Shown: positions 37,601 through 47,266 of the stretch, one piece after another | Layout of the letters: each line of letters starts with the position of its first letter | Position numbering within the stretch: the stretch's first letter is position 1 | Notes under the pieces: model-generated | The model's input: only the letters and a program-made list of their open reading frames with translations | What the model was told of the DNA's origin: nothing | The model's database searches: none | Position numbers and translations under genes: made by a program | Source: Planctomycetota bacterium | Lineage (GTDB): Bacteria > Planctomycetota > UBA8108 > SXIK01 | NCBI GenBank assembly: GCA_965223265.1 | Contig: OZ244999.1 | Span: 4,864,001-4,928,000 of the forward strand | Reading direction: 5' to 3' | Length of the DNA: 64,000 nucleotides

Positions 37601-40244
37601 TCCGCTCAGCGACTTTGACGGTATGGAAGTCGTTCTCGAAAACAATGGCGTCGAAGTCGCCGAAATCTCCATCTCCAAGGGAAACTTCAACTTCATCGAC
37701 ATCGGCACACCGCTCCACATGCGCGCCATGGCGGTAGCACCGAAGTCAGGTCCGGGAACTCCGAACGACGTCTTCTGGAACAATGCCCTCACCGCGTTTG
37801 GCCACTTCGCGCGCCTCTTCCCGCAGCCGGACATCGGCTGGTTTCACGGTCCGAACGTCTGGATCAGCTACACGCCGATCTTCACGAGCGTCACCTCCGC
37901 CGATCTCGACGATGAAAGCGACGACTACAGCGACATCCGCGACACGGTCGACGATCACCTCGATCCTGGATACGGTCAAATCGCCATGGCGATGATCGAC
38001 GGCATGCTCTACGTCGATGGGCCGAGCGGCAAGGCGCCGTACGGTCCTTTCTTCTTCGGGCAAACGGCGGTCTCGTTCAACCTTCTCCCGAACGACTGGA
38101 ATCCGGCCGATCCAACGACACCAGGCTCGTGGGAGCGCGCTCAGACCGCAGCGACAGTAGCGCAAGAAGCCTGCCATATGATGGGGCTGACGAATGAGGA
38201 CGAAAGCAACCACGACGAGGACAATGAGCACCACTCGCGCTTCGATGAAGGCGAGGACATCGTCGACGGTTGTGCGAAGAATCGGAACCTATCGTTCCGC
38301 GATGCGCTCCTCTCCCAAGTTGGTTTTGAAGCACGTGTCATTCGGCTCGACAGCGGCCCGCCATATTTGCACCCGCTCAGCCCATGCGACGATGAGCGTC
38401 CACGGTCGGTGATGTCCTACGCGGATAACCAACGCGGCGACAACGGCTACCTCGAACCGGCGGAGTACTTGCGGGCCCTCCAATACCTGCAAGATCTCAA
38501 GAATCCGTTTGATTTCATCGGAGTCGGCGGAGGCGGCGGCGTGGATCAAAACACGCCGACCCTTCGGCTCCGAGGGCGGCTGTCAATCTCAGGCGCCGTC
38601 GACATCACAACGTCGTACGTCGATCCGGAGCTGCCGCCGATTTCAGTTCCTGAGCTGGGAAGCGCCTATCGCTTCATCGTGCGCGCGCCAGGCGGTGATG
38701 TCCTCAGCGAGACTCCGTTTCGCGCCGACTTTCACGCCCACGATGCCGAAATCACGTCGACTCGCTTTGGCGTCGAGCTGCCGTTTCCCCCCGAAGCAGC
38801 GAGCGTCGAGCTACGCCGCGACGATGACCTTCTGTGGTCACGGGTGAAGAGCGCCAACGCACCGACTGTGTCGCTCCTAACACCGAATGGCGGCGCCTAC
38901 GACGGCAGCGAGGTCGTCCCAATCAGCTGGCAAGGTAGCGACGTCGACGGCAACACGCTCCAGTATGCCCTCCACTACTCCGGCGACGACGGGGCGACCT
39001 GGGTGCCACTGCCGCAGTATCTGACGGGAACATCGTACGACTGGGAACCTCAGTTCGCCGCACCGAGCACGACAGCGCGGATCCGCGTACGAGTCAGCGA
39101 CGGATTCAACGTTGGTTTCGATGTCTCTGAGAGATTCCGCATCGGAGCCAAAGCACCGATGGTCTTCATCAGAGCGCCGCTGAAAGACCAGATCTTCACC
39201 GAAGGCCAGCGTGTCGATCTCTGCGCCGAGTCGATGACGGCATTCGGGCCGAACGCGGGCACGTTTTCGTGGCGCGTCGACGGCGAGCGTCTCGGGTTCG
39301 GGCGCACCCGAGCCTATATCGCCGACCGCATTGGCGAGCATGTCGTGCAGGCTTCGGTGACTGATCTTTCCGGCCAGGGCGCCAGTGCGGAGGTAGCCAT
39401 CCATGTCGTCGCCGACTACGACGGTGATGGCATTCCGAACGACTGGGAGCTCGAGCACCGTCACAACCCGATCCAGCTCGCCGACGCTGCCGATGACCTC
39501 GACAACGACGGGCTCACGACCCTCGGCGAGTTTCAACGCCAGAGCGATCCGAACAACCCGGACTCCGATGGCGACGGCATCTTGGACGGCGACGAAGCCC
39601 TTCTCGGGACCGATCCGATGGACGCGCTCGACGTGCCGCAGGCCGGCAAGATCCTCTACGTTGGTGCGGAGAACGTCGGTTTCACCGTCGGCGAAGGCCA
39701 GGCCGCCTCCGAGCCAAAATCGTTTTGGGTCACTCACCTCGGCCTCGACGAAGTGGACTGGTCGGTCGAGTCGGACGTGCCATGGCTCGATGCTTCGCCG
39801 CTGAGCGGCACGTCGCCGACAGAAGTCGAGGTCTTCGCCCTCCCCGCCGCACTCGCGAAAGGTGACTACGATGGGCACCTCGTCTTCACCGCCCCCGGGG
39901 CGCAGGGAAGCCCGTGGATGGTGAACGTACACCTGCACGTCGTCGACGCGAGCCAGGTGCCGCAGCCGGAGTTTCGTCGCGGCGACAGTAACGATGATGG
40001 CGGGATCGACATCTCCGACCCGATCGCAACGCTCAACTTCCTCTTCGCCAACGGTGAGACGCCGCCCTGCATCGATGCGGCCGATGCAAACGACGATGGC
40101 GGCGTCGATATCTCAGACGCAATCTTCGAGCTCAACCACCTCTTCACGCAGGGCTCCGAGCCGCCGCCGCCGCCCCACCCGGGCTGCGGGCCTGATCCTA
40201 CTGCGGACAACCAGGGATGCGCATCATCGGTTCAGTGCGGCTAA
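34686..40244 (+). CDS. Giant secreted protein: Reg_prop-type propellers, IPT/TIG, degenerate metzincin-like domain, Ig-like domains, Ca-binding DxDxDG repeats, BACON-like domain, dockerin-like domain
   Basis: LPSNxV/GLPS repeats with IW(I/A)GT; PQISSFAP..G IPT; QEACHMMGL...SVMSY; DYDGDGIPNDWE; WSVESDVPWL; FRRGDSNDDGGIDISDP...DAADANDDGGVDISDA. Confidence 0.88.
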   Translation: MSRARALSPSAVTYVAIVIVAVNFLSRENAQAGANDCPGVWDFYAVGFSADTITAIVAAPDGRLFVGLREEGLRIYAPGPDGVYSWTFVNASLFGLASDFIRDLAIFLDELWVATPNAGISVMNLTTGAWSRMNTSNSDLPSNDVRRLTVVPPLPTDPNPLATDWSVWASTGNGAARYRFAVLPSFGWDWVVTSTLNGLPSNSVRDIAVSYSRVEDRNYTWFATDDGVVRASGGSPVGIATFGDCRVDSANRFAVDTDGDVWINSLREVPALHGPNGAGGGTPLVPWGVCQVSGPNRLGTFFYTQWSDRRGQDMSVDPAGRVWFADPILDNLGEGALHDDGRFCVFEPDLDPIADFPSAVHALGERTWFGHQGATLLSTYTPNWERHEDFASNPQAMLLTPDRAYVGFGGAFAYRGRLPGDPSVWTNVNLPALSSVTAFVFSEDDPLPLWVSTSIEGIFNVDPDTGIVETHTTADGLPSNRVTSMVSDSRDRIWAGTRSGLALRANGYWLPLTTSTSPLVSDNVRALTFDALGRLWIGTGDLGISIFDPAAKADAWSTQSIEDGLPSRNIRALATDQAGCVWAATSDSGVGQWIPTTGEWTTHDVSTGALPSDDTRAITASPFGRGRGRVWIGTERGLALFHNQDWTHYHVPGTTLATDLIHRLAADGDQLWVAAGDSIAVRNNITGPLGNFTPQISSFAPMQGAPQSLVTISGSFFDDRGPEFNTVVIGNEAAGSNSEPAPAAEIVSVTSSELVFRVPRLAKSGLIYVESHCLGTTSAVPFTVAPTITRLVPDCVTTGTFLEIRGGGFSSAGLSEVKIGSGDWRAVQIGAESQSPGVIRVRIQAGDTSGFVRVRSLSGGPEAVSPDPLQIGTLSLNRVEVQQGIQGLPLIWGKRTHVRVVLDASDCDGEITGGTIYWRKKNGTRAQAGWAYAQAGVGLAVKVDKANAASLTDGIDFVAEMESTRSGNTDLFPLSDFDGMEVVLENNGVEVAEISISKGNFNFIDIGTPLHMRAMAVAPKSGPGTPNDVFWNNALTAFGHFARLFPQPDIGWFHGPNVWISYTPIFTSVTSADLDDESDDYSDIRDTVDDHLDPGYGQIAMAMIDGMLYVDGPSGKAPYGPFFFGQTAVSFNLLPNDWNPADPTTPGSWERAQTAATVAQEACHMMGLTNEDESNHDEDNEHHSRFDEGEDIVDGCAKNRNLSFRDALLSQVGFEARVIRLDSGPPYLHPLSPCDDERPRSVMSYADNQRGDNGYLEPAEYLRALQYLQDLKNPFDFIGVGGGGGVDQNTPTLRLRGRLSISGAVDITTSYVDPELPPISVPELGSAYRFIVRAPGGDVLSETPFRADFHAHDAEITSTRFGVELPFPPEAASVELRRDDDLLWSRVKSANAPTVSLLTPNGGAYDGSEVVPISWQGSDVDGNTLQYALHYSGDDGATWVPLPQYLTGTSYDWEPQFAAPSTTARIRVRVSDGFNVGFDVSERFRIGAKAPMVFIRAPLKDQIFTEGQRVDLCAESMTAFGPNAGTFSWRVDGERLGFGRTRAYIADRIGEHVVQASVTDLSGQGASAEVAIHVVADYDGDGIPNDWELEHRHNPIQLADAADDLDNDGLTTLGEFQRQSDPNNPDSDGDGILDGDEALLGTDPMDALDVPQAGKILYVGAENVGFTVGEGQAASEPKSFWVTHLGLDEVDWSVESDVPWLDASPLSGTSPTEVEVFALPAALAKGDYDGHLVFTAPGAQGSPWMVNVHLHVVDASQVPQPEFRRGDSNDDGGIDISDPIATLNFLFANGETPPCIDAADANDDGGVDISDAIFELNHLFTQGSEPPPPPHPGCGPDPTADNQGCASSVQCG

Positions 40245-40345
40245 TCGCCTGCAACAGTCACATCGCCGAAGTCGCCGAAACGCGGCGCGAGACCGATCGT
40301 TCGCAATTGCCCCACCCGCGTCTGCCGCTGAGTGCGCAGACGACG

Positions 40346-43300
40346 CTAAACCTCGCACTTGAGTGAATCCTCGCTGCGGTCGAGACCTGGCTGTTCGAAC
40401 GGCGGCGCCGGCGGCAAACCGCCACCAAAGAGATGGAGGAGGAGACGAATGGCATCGGAGATGTTGAGCCGGCCGTCGTCATTGGTGTCGACCGCGTCCT
40501 CGCAGCTCGCTTCGCCGCCGCGGAAAAGAAAGTTCAAGATCGCGAACACGTCGTCGACGATGACGCGGCCATCGCCATCCGCATCACCACGCCGGAAACC
40601 GTTCAAGGTGTAGGTGAAAGCGTCAGCGAGCACAGCGCTACGGCCGTCAGCGATGAATGCAGCGACGTCAACGACCCCTTCCTCGGCGCCAAGAGGAACG
40701 ACTGCTTCAAGCTGTGTCTCGGAGAGGATGACCGTCTCCTCCGCCACACTCCCCCCGACCTCGACCCACGTTCCCTCGCGGAAACCGGCACCGAATAGCG
40801 TCATACGCGTACCACCACCAAGCGGACCAGAAATCGGGTCGATGGCCGTAAGTGTGGGATCCGGCCAGGTGGTGGTATCAAAAACACGCGCCAGCGCTGT
40901 TCCCACGAGGTTGTCTTCGTGGTCGAACGCGGCCAGGCGGATCTCATTGTCGCTGTCGACCAAGCCTGCGATCTCAAACGTCCACTCGACCGGGACTCCG
41001 CCGACGAAGGTGTTGCGATCCTGGTCGGCGGGCACGCTCCAAGTCGGCGACGTCTCCTGAGGATCGCCGCTGTTGACAGAGACTAAGATCCTCTGGACGT
41101 TGAGCGGCGCCGTTCCGCGCAGCAACACCACTCCACTCCGAGTTCCCGACGGATTCGGTGAAACGATCGCAAACTCAGTGTCCGCGATATGTCTCAGCGC
41201 CGTGCCAAGCACGTACGCACGCCGTCCCGAGACGAAGCTAACAATGGGTCCACCAGTCGGCGCTGGTCGACCGACCGCATGAACAAGGTCGGTCCACTGC
41301 TCGACCCGGTCACGATTGAATCGCTCGTCCAAATGTTCCTGAAGAAGTCGAAAGTAGAGGCGCCGATACTCTGGAAAGCGAGCAAGGCGCCCAAGGCCGA
41401 ACGTGGTACTCGTCGGCAGCAGGCGGGCCGTCGTGCTTCCAAACGAGTTGTCCATATCCCACGGCAACAGGTAATGGCGTCCCTCATTGGGAGCGTAGTA
41501 AAGATAGGCGTTCTGGCCGTTGCCGATGTCGATGGTGTCCCAGTCGTCATGCAGGATCCTGGCGACAAAGACGCGGAGCGTCGACTCGACGTTGAGAATC
41601 GACTCGATCTTCTCTACGTACTCCTCGTCGGGCGTCGTCCTGGAATCCATCGCGGTAAGGAGTCGAATCAGCGGCTCGAACGAATCTTCGTCTCGCCGAA
41701 GTTTCGGATTGTAAAAGAAGCGGTAGTTCTCCGCTGAGTCGACGCCAGGGAAAGGCCCCTCGCGCAGCGTTCGAAACTCGGTCCAAAACGGCCGATCGCT
41801 CATCGTCCCCGCGTCGTTGAACGCGATCTTACCGGTGATCTTCCAGAGAAGGCCATCGCCGTCGTGCGGCCAGTGATGGCGCGCGTAGATCGAGTCAACC
41901 GGACGAATCTCGGCCATGACCGGACTACTGTGCTGCTCGCCGTTGAGTTTGACGTCAATGTACTGAAAGCGCTGCGAAAATGGTGTCGGTGCGTCGATCG
42001 TGCCCGCTTCACGCACCATGTAATACGCCATACCCTCTCTCTGGCCACTGCCGCGGGAGCTCAAGTTGACCCGTTTGGCACCGTCAGGAAGCGTCCGGTC
42101 TCCGGGAAAGCGCAGCCGAAACTGCTTTGGAACGGACGGTCGGCCCCACGGACTGCCGCGGTAACGAACACCGACATCGTAGAAGACTTCCTCTTCCTCG
42201 AGGACGAGTGTGGCGGGGAGAAGCGCGTTCGAATGCAGAGCGCGCGTCTCCAATTCGGTCAGATCGAGATCATTCATGACAAGGCGGAATCGCGACAGAG
42301 GATTCCCGACCGTCCGGAGATCGACGGCGAAGGTACGAGCGCGCAACGGCGCGCCTATCGGGAACTCGCGCTGCGCCTCAAGTCCGTCCACCGCTTCGAC
42401 CCAGAAACTGATCACGTCACCGCGCTGAAACGGGCCGATCGCGCCGCCATAGGTCCCGTCACCGGGCAAGCCATCCCCGTGCAGCCCGTCATCGTGGAGC
42501 GCGATGGAGCCTTCCCCCAGCGCGACTTCCGCACCTTCCTCAGCACGATTCGCCATACGGTCAACTCGGTAGTAGGCCGTCACCGCCTCGACGCCATCCG
42601 AATCCGTGACGCGAGCCAAAAGCTGCACCGACTGCCCTGGCGCGGGCACTGCTGGGGCGTGACGCAGGCTGGCGACGACGGGACCTAAGTTGCTGTCGCC
42701 CGTCGTTTCGCGCAGCCAGCGTGTGGCGCCATTCTCGCGCCCGGGAGAGCCGTTCGTCCGCGGCGCGGCAAGATAAACCGTACGACCGAACGCATTGTTG
42801 TGCCCACTGACGTGAAGAGCATTCGAACCGGTGAGCCAGCGCGCCTTGAAACGCACGCGAATGGGTCCCGCTGGTATCGACTCGGTCGTGTCGATCTCGA
42901 TGCGATTGACTTTGTTGTTCCCGGCGCCGGTGGCGATCAACCGGAGACTGGCGTTGCCGTCACTCGCCTCCTCCGTCGTGCGAAACGATTCGATGTGGTT
43001 GCCCATGATGCGCCACGGCCGGGTGTCGACCTCGAAGCTACCGTTTTCGATGTACTCCACGGCCGGCTCTCCCGCCGTGATCGACACGCCATCGATTAAG
43101 CATTCGCCGTCATCGAGAAAAAACAGGTGCAGCTCTGCTTCAATCAAACCCGGCCCCGTGAGAACCACGTTTTCGATTTCGTAGTCGAATTCAGTCCACG
43201 GCGCCGCAGCCGACTCATCGCTCGGCGCCCACGCAGACGCGACACTGTTGTCCTGAAGAGGATCGATTAACTCGATGCTGGACCCGCCTCCGTCGGCGGC

Positions 43301-45337
43301 GGCGGGCCACTCTCCACCGTCGAAGTAGGTCACTTCGTCGATTGTTCGCCCCAAATGATCCACGAGGCGAAGACGCTCCCCTCGGTTGCTCAGCGTGCCG
43401 AACGCCTCGCGCTCATCGAGGCTTGCGTCGCCGCGCAGTCCGACCACCTGCTCAGCACTCAGTCCATAGAGCGCGCGGACATAACTCGGGTCTTTCGCCA
43501 CGACCAAGTACGCGCCTGGCGCAAGAACCTGGCCAGGCGCAAAGGTGTAGTTGTAGCCATCGTCGATGGCCATGCCTTCCAGATTGATCGGACTCGCGGA
43601 ACGATTGTAGAGCTCAACATACTCGCCCGCCTCGCCTTCGGGCAGCCGCTCCCCGTTGTCGTCAAGAGTTCGCGGGTGATAGTGGATCTCGCTGAAGACA
43701 ACACCCGTCTCGACGTCGAGGTCATTCGACGCCGCCGGCGTCGGACGCGACGACAATCTCCACCCAGCGTTGCCGTCGGGGTAGCGCACATGGCTCGTCC
43801 CTCGACTGACGTCGTCCAGCGGGTCGAAAAGCGCGGCTGTCTCGACCGCGACGCCGCCGCGATCGTAAAGAAACAACTCCAGACTTGAAGACGCGCCGAG
43901 CGAGAAACCGAGCTCCGCTTCCGTGAAGACAAGCAGTTCAAAATCGGCGAGAGTTGTACCGTCCGGAATCTCGAACCGCTCGACTGCTGGATCGGCCGAC
44001 CTTGAGATCTGAAAGCCCGACAAATCGATCCTCTCGGGAGTGAGGTTCAGCAGTTCAATCGCTCCCGATGAATCCTCTGTGGTACGGACGACTTCGTTGA
44101 TCACGATGCGCTCCGTCGGCGGCCCGGGAAAAGTATCGACTGTCTGAAAGTGGAGCGACGGGATCAGCGACGCGTCCGACGAGCGCTGCAGGTTATTGTT
44201 GTGAATCTGAATCGCCAAAACGTTCTCGCCCGGCAGAATCTTCTCCTTCGCGAGCTCGAAGACGATCGGGTCATCGTCCGACTCACGAAAACGAGTTGCT
44301 CGTGCGTCGGCCGGTACGTCCTCACCCGGCTCACCTGGAACGTTGTTGCGTCCGATTTCCTCACCGTTGAGGTACGCCACAAATCCGTCGTCGAAGCGCA
44401 GCTCGAAGCGGACGAAGACGGCTTCTTCCAGACTCTCGGGGGCCAAGGTGAAAGATTTACGCGCCGCAAACGCGAGATAGTTGCCGAGCATGTCGTCGAG
44501 CACAGTGACGATGTCTTCGTCGCCCATGCCGATCGGCGTGATGCCGACGCGCCACTCGCTGTCGTCGAACTCAGGTGAGCGCCACGCGTCCAGCGGATCG
44601 GAGAACTCCGCCATAACCAACGTCTCGGAATCCCAGCCCGTCCGAAACCGCCACTCGGCGCCTGCACCGGTCTCGGGGATGACGTCGTTGCGCACGGGGA
44701 GGGGTTCGCGGAAGTTGATGGTCCCTGGGGTACCACCTCGCTCAAGGCTACGCACCCAGGCGCGAGCGGAGTCCGGATCCGCGGCGACGTTCTTCAGCGC
44801 CAGTGTAAACCCGGTGCCGTGAGCGGTACCCGGCCACTGCACAGCGGGACGATAACGCACATCGGTGACCTCACCGCCACGACGATCGACAATTCGAAGC
44901 CGTTCGCCACCATTGTCAAGGCGACCCTCGTAATCGCCGATGACGTTTTCGATCCCGTAGACTTCACGGACGCGTGCGGAGCTGCGGCAGAGGACGAGAT
45001 AAGAGCGGCCGCGCATCATCACACCTTCAGGAAACGTGTAGCGAATCCCGTCTGTGAAGGAATAACCCGAGAGATCGATCGGATACGCGATCTCGTTGCA
45101 GAGCTCGATGAACTCGAGCGTCTCGTCGGGATCGGTCTCCGCATCCGGGCGATAGTTGATCTCAGAGATCGTGAGCGCCTGCAGCGCTCCCGGTACCGAG
45201 ATGATCGAGAACACGAGTGCGAGTGCTGCGGCCGTCGCGGATCGCGTTCGCGCGTTCAGGTGAAGCGCATGAGCGACGCTCACGAAAAAACCAGCATCGA
45301 CGGCCTGCCCCGCTCGACTCCTCACGCTTGAAGCCAT
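40346..45337 (-). CDS. Secreted lamin-tail-domain / CotH kinase family protein with IPT and dockerin-like domain
   Basis: ISEINY...EFIEL.N and FSEIHYHP...EYVELYN LTDs; LHDDGLHGDG..GDGTYG; GVRYRGS, DDWD, LPWDMDNSF CotH motifs; FRRGDADGDGRVIVDD. Start uncertain. Confidence 0.88.
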   Translation of the reverse strand: MASSVRSRAGQAVDAGFFVSVAHALHLNARTRSATAAALALVFSIISVPGALQALTISEINYRPDAETDPDETLEFIELCNEIAYPIDLSGYSFTDGIRYTFPEGVMMRGRSYLVLCRSSARVREVYGIENVIGDYEGRLDNGGERLRIVDRRGGEVTDVRYRPAVQWPGTAHGTGFTLALKNVAADPDSARAWVRSLERGGTPGTINFREPLPVRNDVIPETGAGAEWRFRTGWDSETLVMAEFSDPLDAWRSPEFDDSEWRVGITPIGMGDEDIVTVLDDMLGNYLAFAARKSFTLAPESLEEAVFVRFELRFDDGFVAYLNGEEIGRNNVPGEPGEDVPADARATRFRESDDDPIVFELAKEKILPGENVLAIQIHNNNLQRSSDASLIPSLHFQTVDTFPGPPTERIVINEVVRTTEDSSGAIELLNLTPERIDLSGFQISRSADPAVERFEIPDGTTLADFELLVFTEAELGFSLGASSSLELFLYDRGGVAVETAALFDPLDDVSRGTSHVRYPDGNAGWRLSSRPTPAASNDLDVETGVVFSEIHYHPRTLDDNGERLPEGEAGEYVELYNRSASPINLEGMAIDDGYNYTFAPGQVLAPGAYLVVAKDPSYVRALYGLSAEQVVGLRGDASLDEREAFGTLSNRGERLRLVDHLGRTIDEVTYFDGGEWPAAADGGGSSIELIDPLQDNSVASAWAPSDESAAAPWTEFDYEIENVVLTGPGLIEAELHLFFLDDGECLIDGVSITAGEPAVEYIENGSFEVDTRPWRIMGNHIESFRTTEEASDGNASLRLIATGAGNNKVNRIEIDTTESIPAGPIRVRFKARWLTGSNALHVSGHNNAFGRTVYLAAPRTNGSPGRENGATRWLRETTGDSNLGPVVASLRHAPAVPAPGQSVQLLARVTDSDGVEAVTAYYRVDRMANRAEEGAEVALGEGSIALHDDGLHGDGLPGDGTYGGAIGPFQRGDVISFWVEAVDGLEAQREFPIGAPLRARTFAVDLRTVGNPLSRFRLVMNDLDLTELETRALHSNALLPATLVLEEEEVFYDVGVRYRGSPWGRPSVPKQFRLRFPGDRTLPDGAKRVNLSSRGSGQREGMAYYMVREAGTIDAPTPFSQRFQYIDVKLNGEQHSSPVMAEIRPVDSIYARHHWPHDGDGLLWKITGKIAFNDAGTMSDRPFWTEFRTLREGPFPGVDSAENYRFFYNPKLRRDEDSFEPLIRLLTAMDSRTTPDEEYVEKIESILNVESTLRVFVARILHDDWDTIDIGNGQNAYLYYAPNEGRHYLLPWDMDNSFGSTTARLLPTSTTFGLGRLARFPEYRRLYFRLLQEHLDERFNRDRVEQWTDLVHAVGRPAPTGGPIVSFVSGRRAYVLGTALRHIADTEFAIVSPNPSGTRSGVVLLRGTAPLNVQRILVSVNSGDPQETSPTWSVPADQDRNTFVGGVPVEWTFEIAGLVDSDNEIRLAAFDHEDNLVGTALARVFDTTTWPDPTLTAIDPISGPLGGGTRMTLFGAGFREGTWVEVGGSVAEETVILSETQLEAVVPLGAEEGVVDVAAFIADGRSAVLADAFTYTLNGFRRGDADGDGRVIVDDVFAILNFLFRGGEASCEDAVDTNDDGRLNISDAIRLLLHLFGGGLPPAPPFEQPGLDRSEDSLKCEV

Positions 45338-45458
45338 GCGCACGTCGCTCCGCGTCCGTTCCAATTGGCTTTCACAGCACACGTCTCCAGGATACCCGCG
45401 AACGAAGTTCTGCGAAAATCAAACCTCGCCCGTGATCCGCGACGCAAGTCGTCATGCG

Positions 45459-46379
45459 TCACAGGGACTCGAGCTGGGTCCGAACCTCAGTCGAGAGTCC
45501 CCTGTCGCCTGCCGCGAACGCTTGATCAATGTGCGCAGGCTCACGCGCACCGATGAGGACGGAGGTCACGTCCGGGCGCGTCAACACCCACGCGAGCGCT
45601 AGGTCGTGCATTGTTCTTCCCTCTTGCGCCGCGATCTCGCGTAATCCATCGACGACTTGAAAACCGCGGTCAGTGAAATAGATCGGCTGGTGGCCTGGAA
45701 TGACATCGAAACGAGTGCCGCGCGGAACCTCGCCGCCGCGTCGATATTTTCCGGTCAAGAACCCCGCGCCGAGCGGGCTGTACGTCAGCGTCGCGACGCC
45801 TTGATCGCAGCAAAGCGGTAAAAGATCGGATTCGATTTCACGTGCGACAAGGCTATACGGAGGTTGTACGGAGACGACGTTCGCGACCGCTTGGCTAGTG
45901 CTCTTTCCCGTCGACAAGAGGAGCGCCTTGGCGACCTGCCATGCACTCCAGTTGCTGACGCCACAAAACCGCACTTTGCCCTGCTCCTCGAGGCTCTGCA
46001 GAGCAGCCAGCGTCTCCTCGAGCGGCACCTCATCGTCCCAATTGTGCAGTTGAAACAGATCGATGACCTCGGTCTTCAGCCTCTTGAGACTCTCGTTCAC
46101 CGACGCCAGCACACGCTCACGTGTCAGGCTGCCAGCGACTTTAGTAGCAAGTACGATCTCGTCACGTACGCCGCGACTAGCCAACCAATCGCCAAGCACC
46201 GTCTCCGAGGCGCCAGCAGCATAGGCCTCAGCCGTGTCAAAACAGTTGATGCCGCGCTCGCGCGCATGATCGAGCACGGCAAACGATGCGTCACGGTCGA
46301 TCTCACGGCCGAAGGTGACGCAGCCGAGCGAGATCGAGCTGACTTCGAGTTCCGTGCGTCCGAATCTGCGGTATTCCAT
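45459..46379 (-). CDS. Aldo/keto reductase
   Basis: GINCFDTAEAY, LATK, IDLFQLH, GVSNW, YSPLGAGFLTGKY. Confidence 0.95.
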   Translation of the reverse strand: MEYRRFGRTELEVSSISLGCVTFGREIDRDASFAVLDHARERGINCFDTAEAYAAGASETVLGDWLASRGVRDEIVLATKVAGSLTRERVLASVNESLKRLKTEVIDLFQLHNWDDEVPLEETLAALQSLEEQGKVRFCGVSNWSAWQVAKALLLSTGKSTSQAVANVVSVQPPYSLVAREIESDLLPLCCDQGVATLTYSPLGAGFLTGKYRRGGEVPRGTRFDVIPGHQPIYFTDRGFQVVDGLREIAAQEGRTMHDLALAWVLTRPDVTSVLIGAREPAHIDQAFAAGDRGLSTEVRTQLESL

Positions 46380-46465
46380 CGTCTCGCCGCCTCATCCCAT
46401 CGAGCAATCTGGCACCCCTCCACGCGAGGAGTTTCGCGGGAGATCACCGACACGGCCGGAAGGCC

Positions 46466-47266
46466 TTAAGTTTCGACCCAATGACGATACAAAGGTCGAA
46501 CGTTCGCAGGCAAGCCCTCGTAGACTTCGCGCCTGATCGCAGGCACCTGATTGTCGCTGCGGCCCGGCTCATCGACCATGCGCCGGCGCTCATCCGAATT
46601 CGGGCGCAGCACGTCGAGGTTCAGCCACCACGGAGCGTAACGCACGGCCAACGCGACACGTGGCACCGACGACTGGTTCGGTGCGGTCGCGTGCCAAAGT
46701 CGGCTGTCGAAAACAAGAACGCTGCCAGCCGGCCCCATCACTTGCATCTGCGCGGAGAGGTCGCGCGCTGGCTCAACTCCCATGCGAGCCGTTGGATTGG
46801 TGGACGATCGGTGACTTCCGGGAACGACGAGCGTACCACCGTTGTCAGCGGTGAACGGACTGAGCATCCAAAGGGTGGTCAGATGCATGGTGGCATCCGG
46901 ATAAGGCGCAGGGACGTGACCCGCGTTGCGCTGATTGAACGGCCAATCCGCATGCCAATCGCCACGCGCGTTCCCTGGTTCGTTGACAATTGCTGAGGTG
47001 AACGAAACGCGCACGTCATGGCCGAGCAGCGAGGTAACGATCTGCAGCAGTCTCGGCTCGGCAAGGTACGGAGCAAACGACTGCTCGTGATTAATGATGC
47101 CGGCACAAAAGCTGACATTCTCTGGCGCAGTGCCCGGCCGGCACTGGCGACGCGCCGCCTCAAGGACGCGCGCTTCGACTTCCTCGCAGCACGCCGCTGG
47201 AATCACCTCCTCGATGACGCAGAAGCCGTGGACCTTCATTTCGAGTTCGAGTCGATCGGGATGCAT
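46466..47266 (-). CDS. Phytanoyl-CoA dioxygenase (PhyH) family Fe/2OG enzyme
   Basis: WHADW, NGGTLVVPGSH, GSVLVFDSRLWHA...R; the start overlaps the upstream stop (TAATG). Confidence 0.9.
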   Translation of the reverse strand: MHPDRLELEMKVHGFCVIEEVIPAACCEEVEARVLEAARRQCRPGTAPENVSFCAGIINHEQSFAPYLAEPRLLQIVTSLLGHDVRVSFTSAIVNEPGNARGDWHADWPFNQRNAGHVPAPYPDATMHLTTLWMLSPFTADNGGTLVVPGSHRSSTNPTARMGVEPARDLSAQMQVMGPAGSVLVFDSRLWHATAPNQSSVPRVALAVRYAPWWLNLDVLRPNSDERRRMVDEPGRSDNQVPAIRREVYEGLPANVRPLYRHWVET

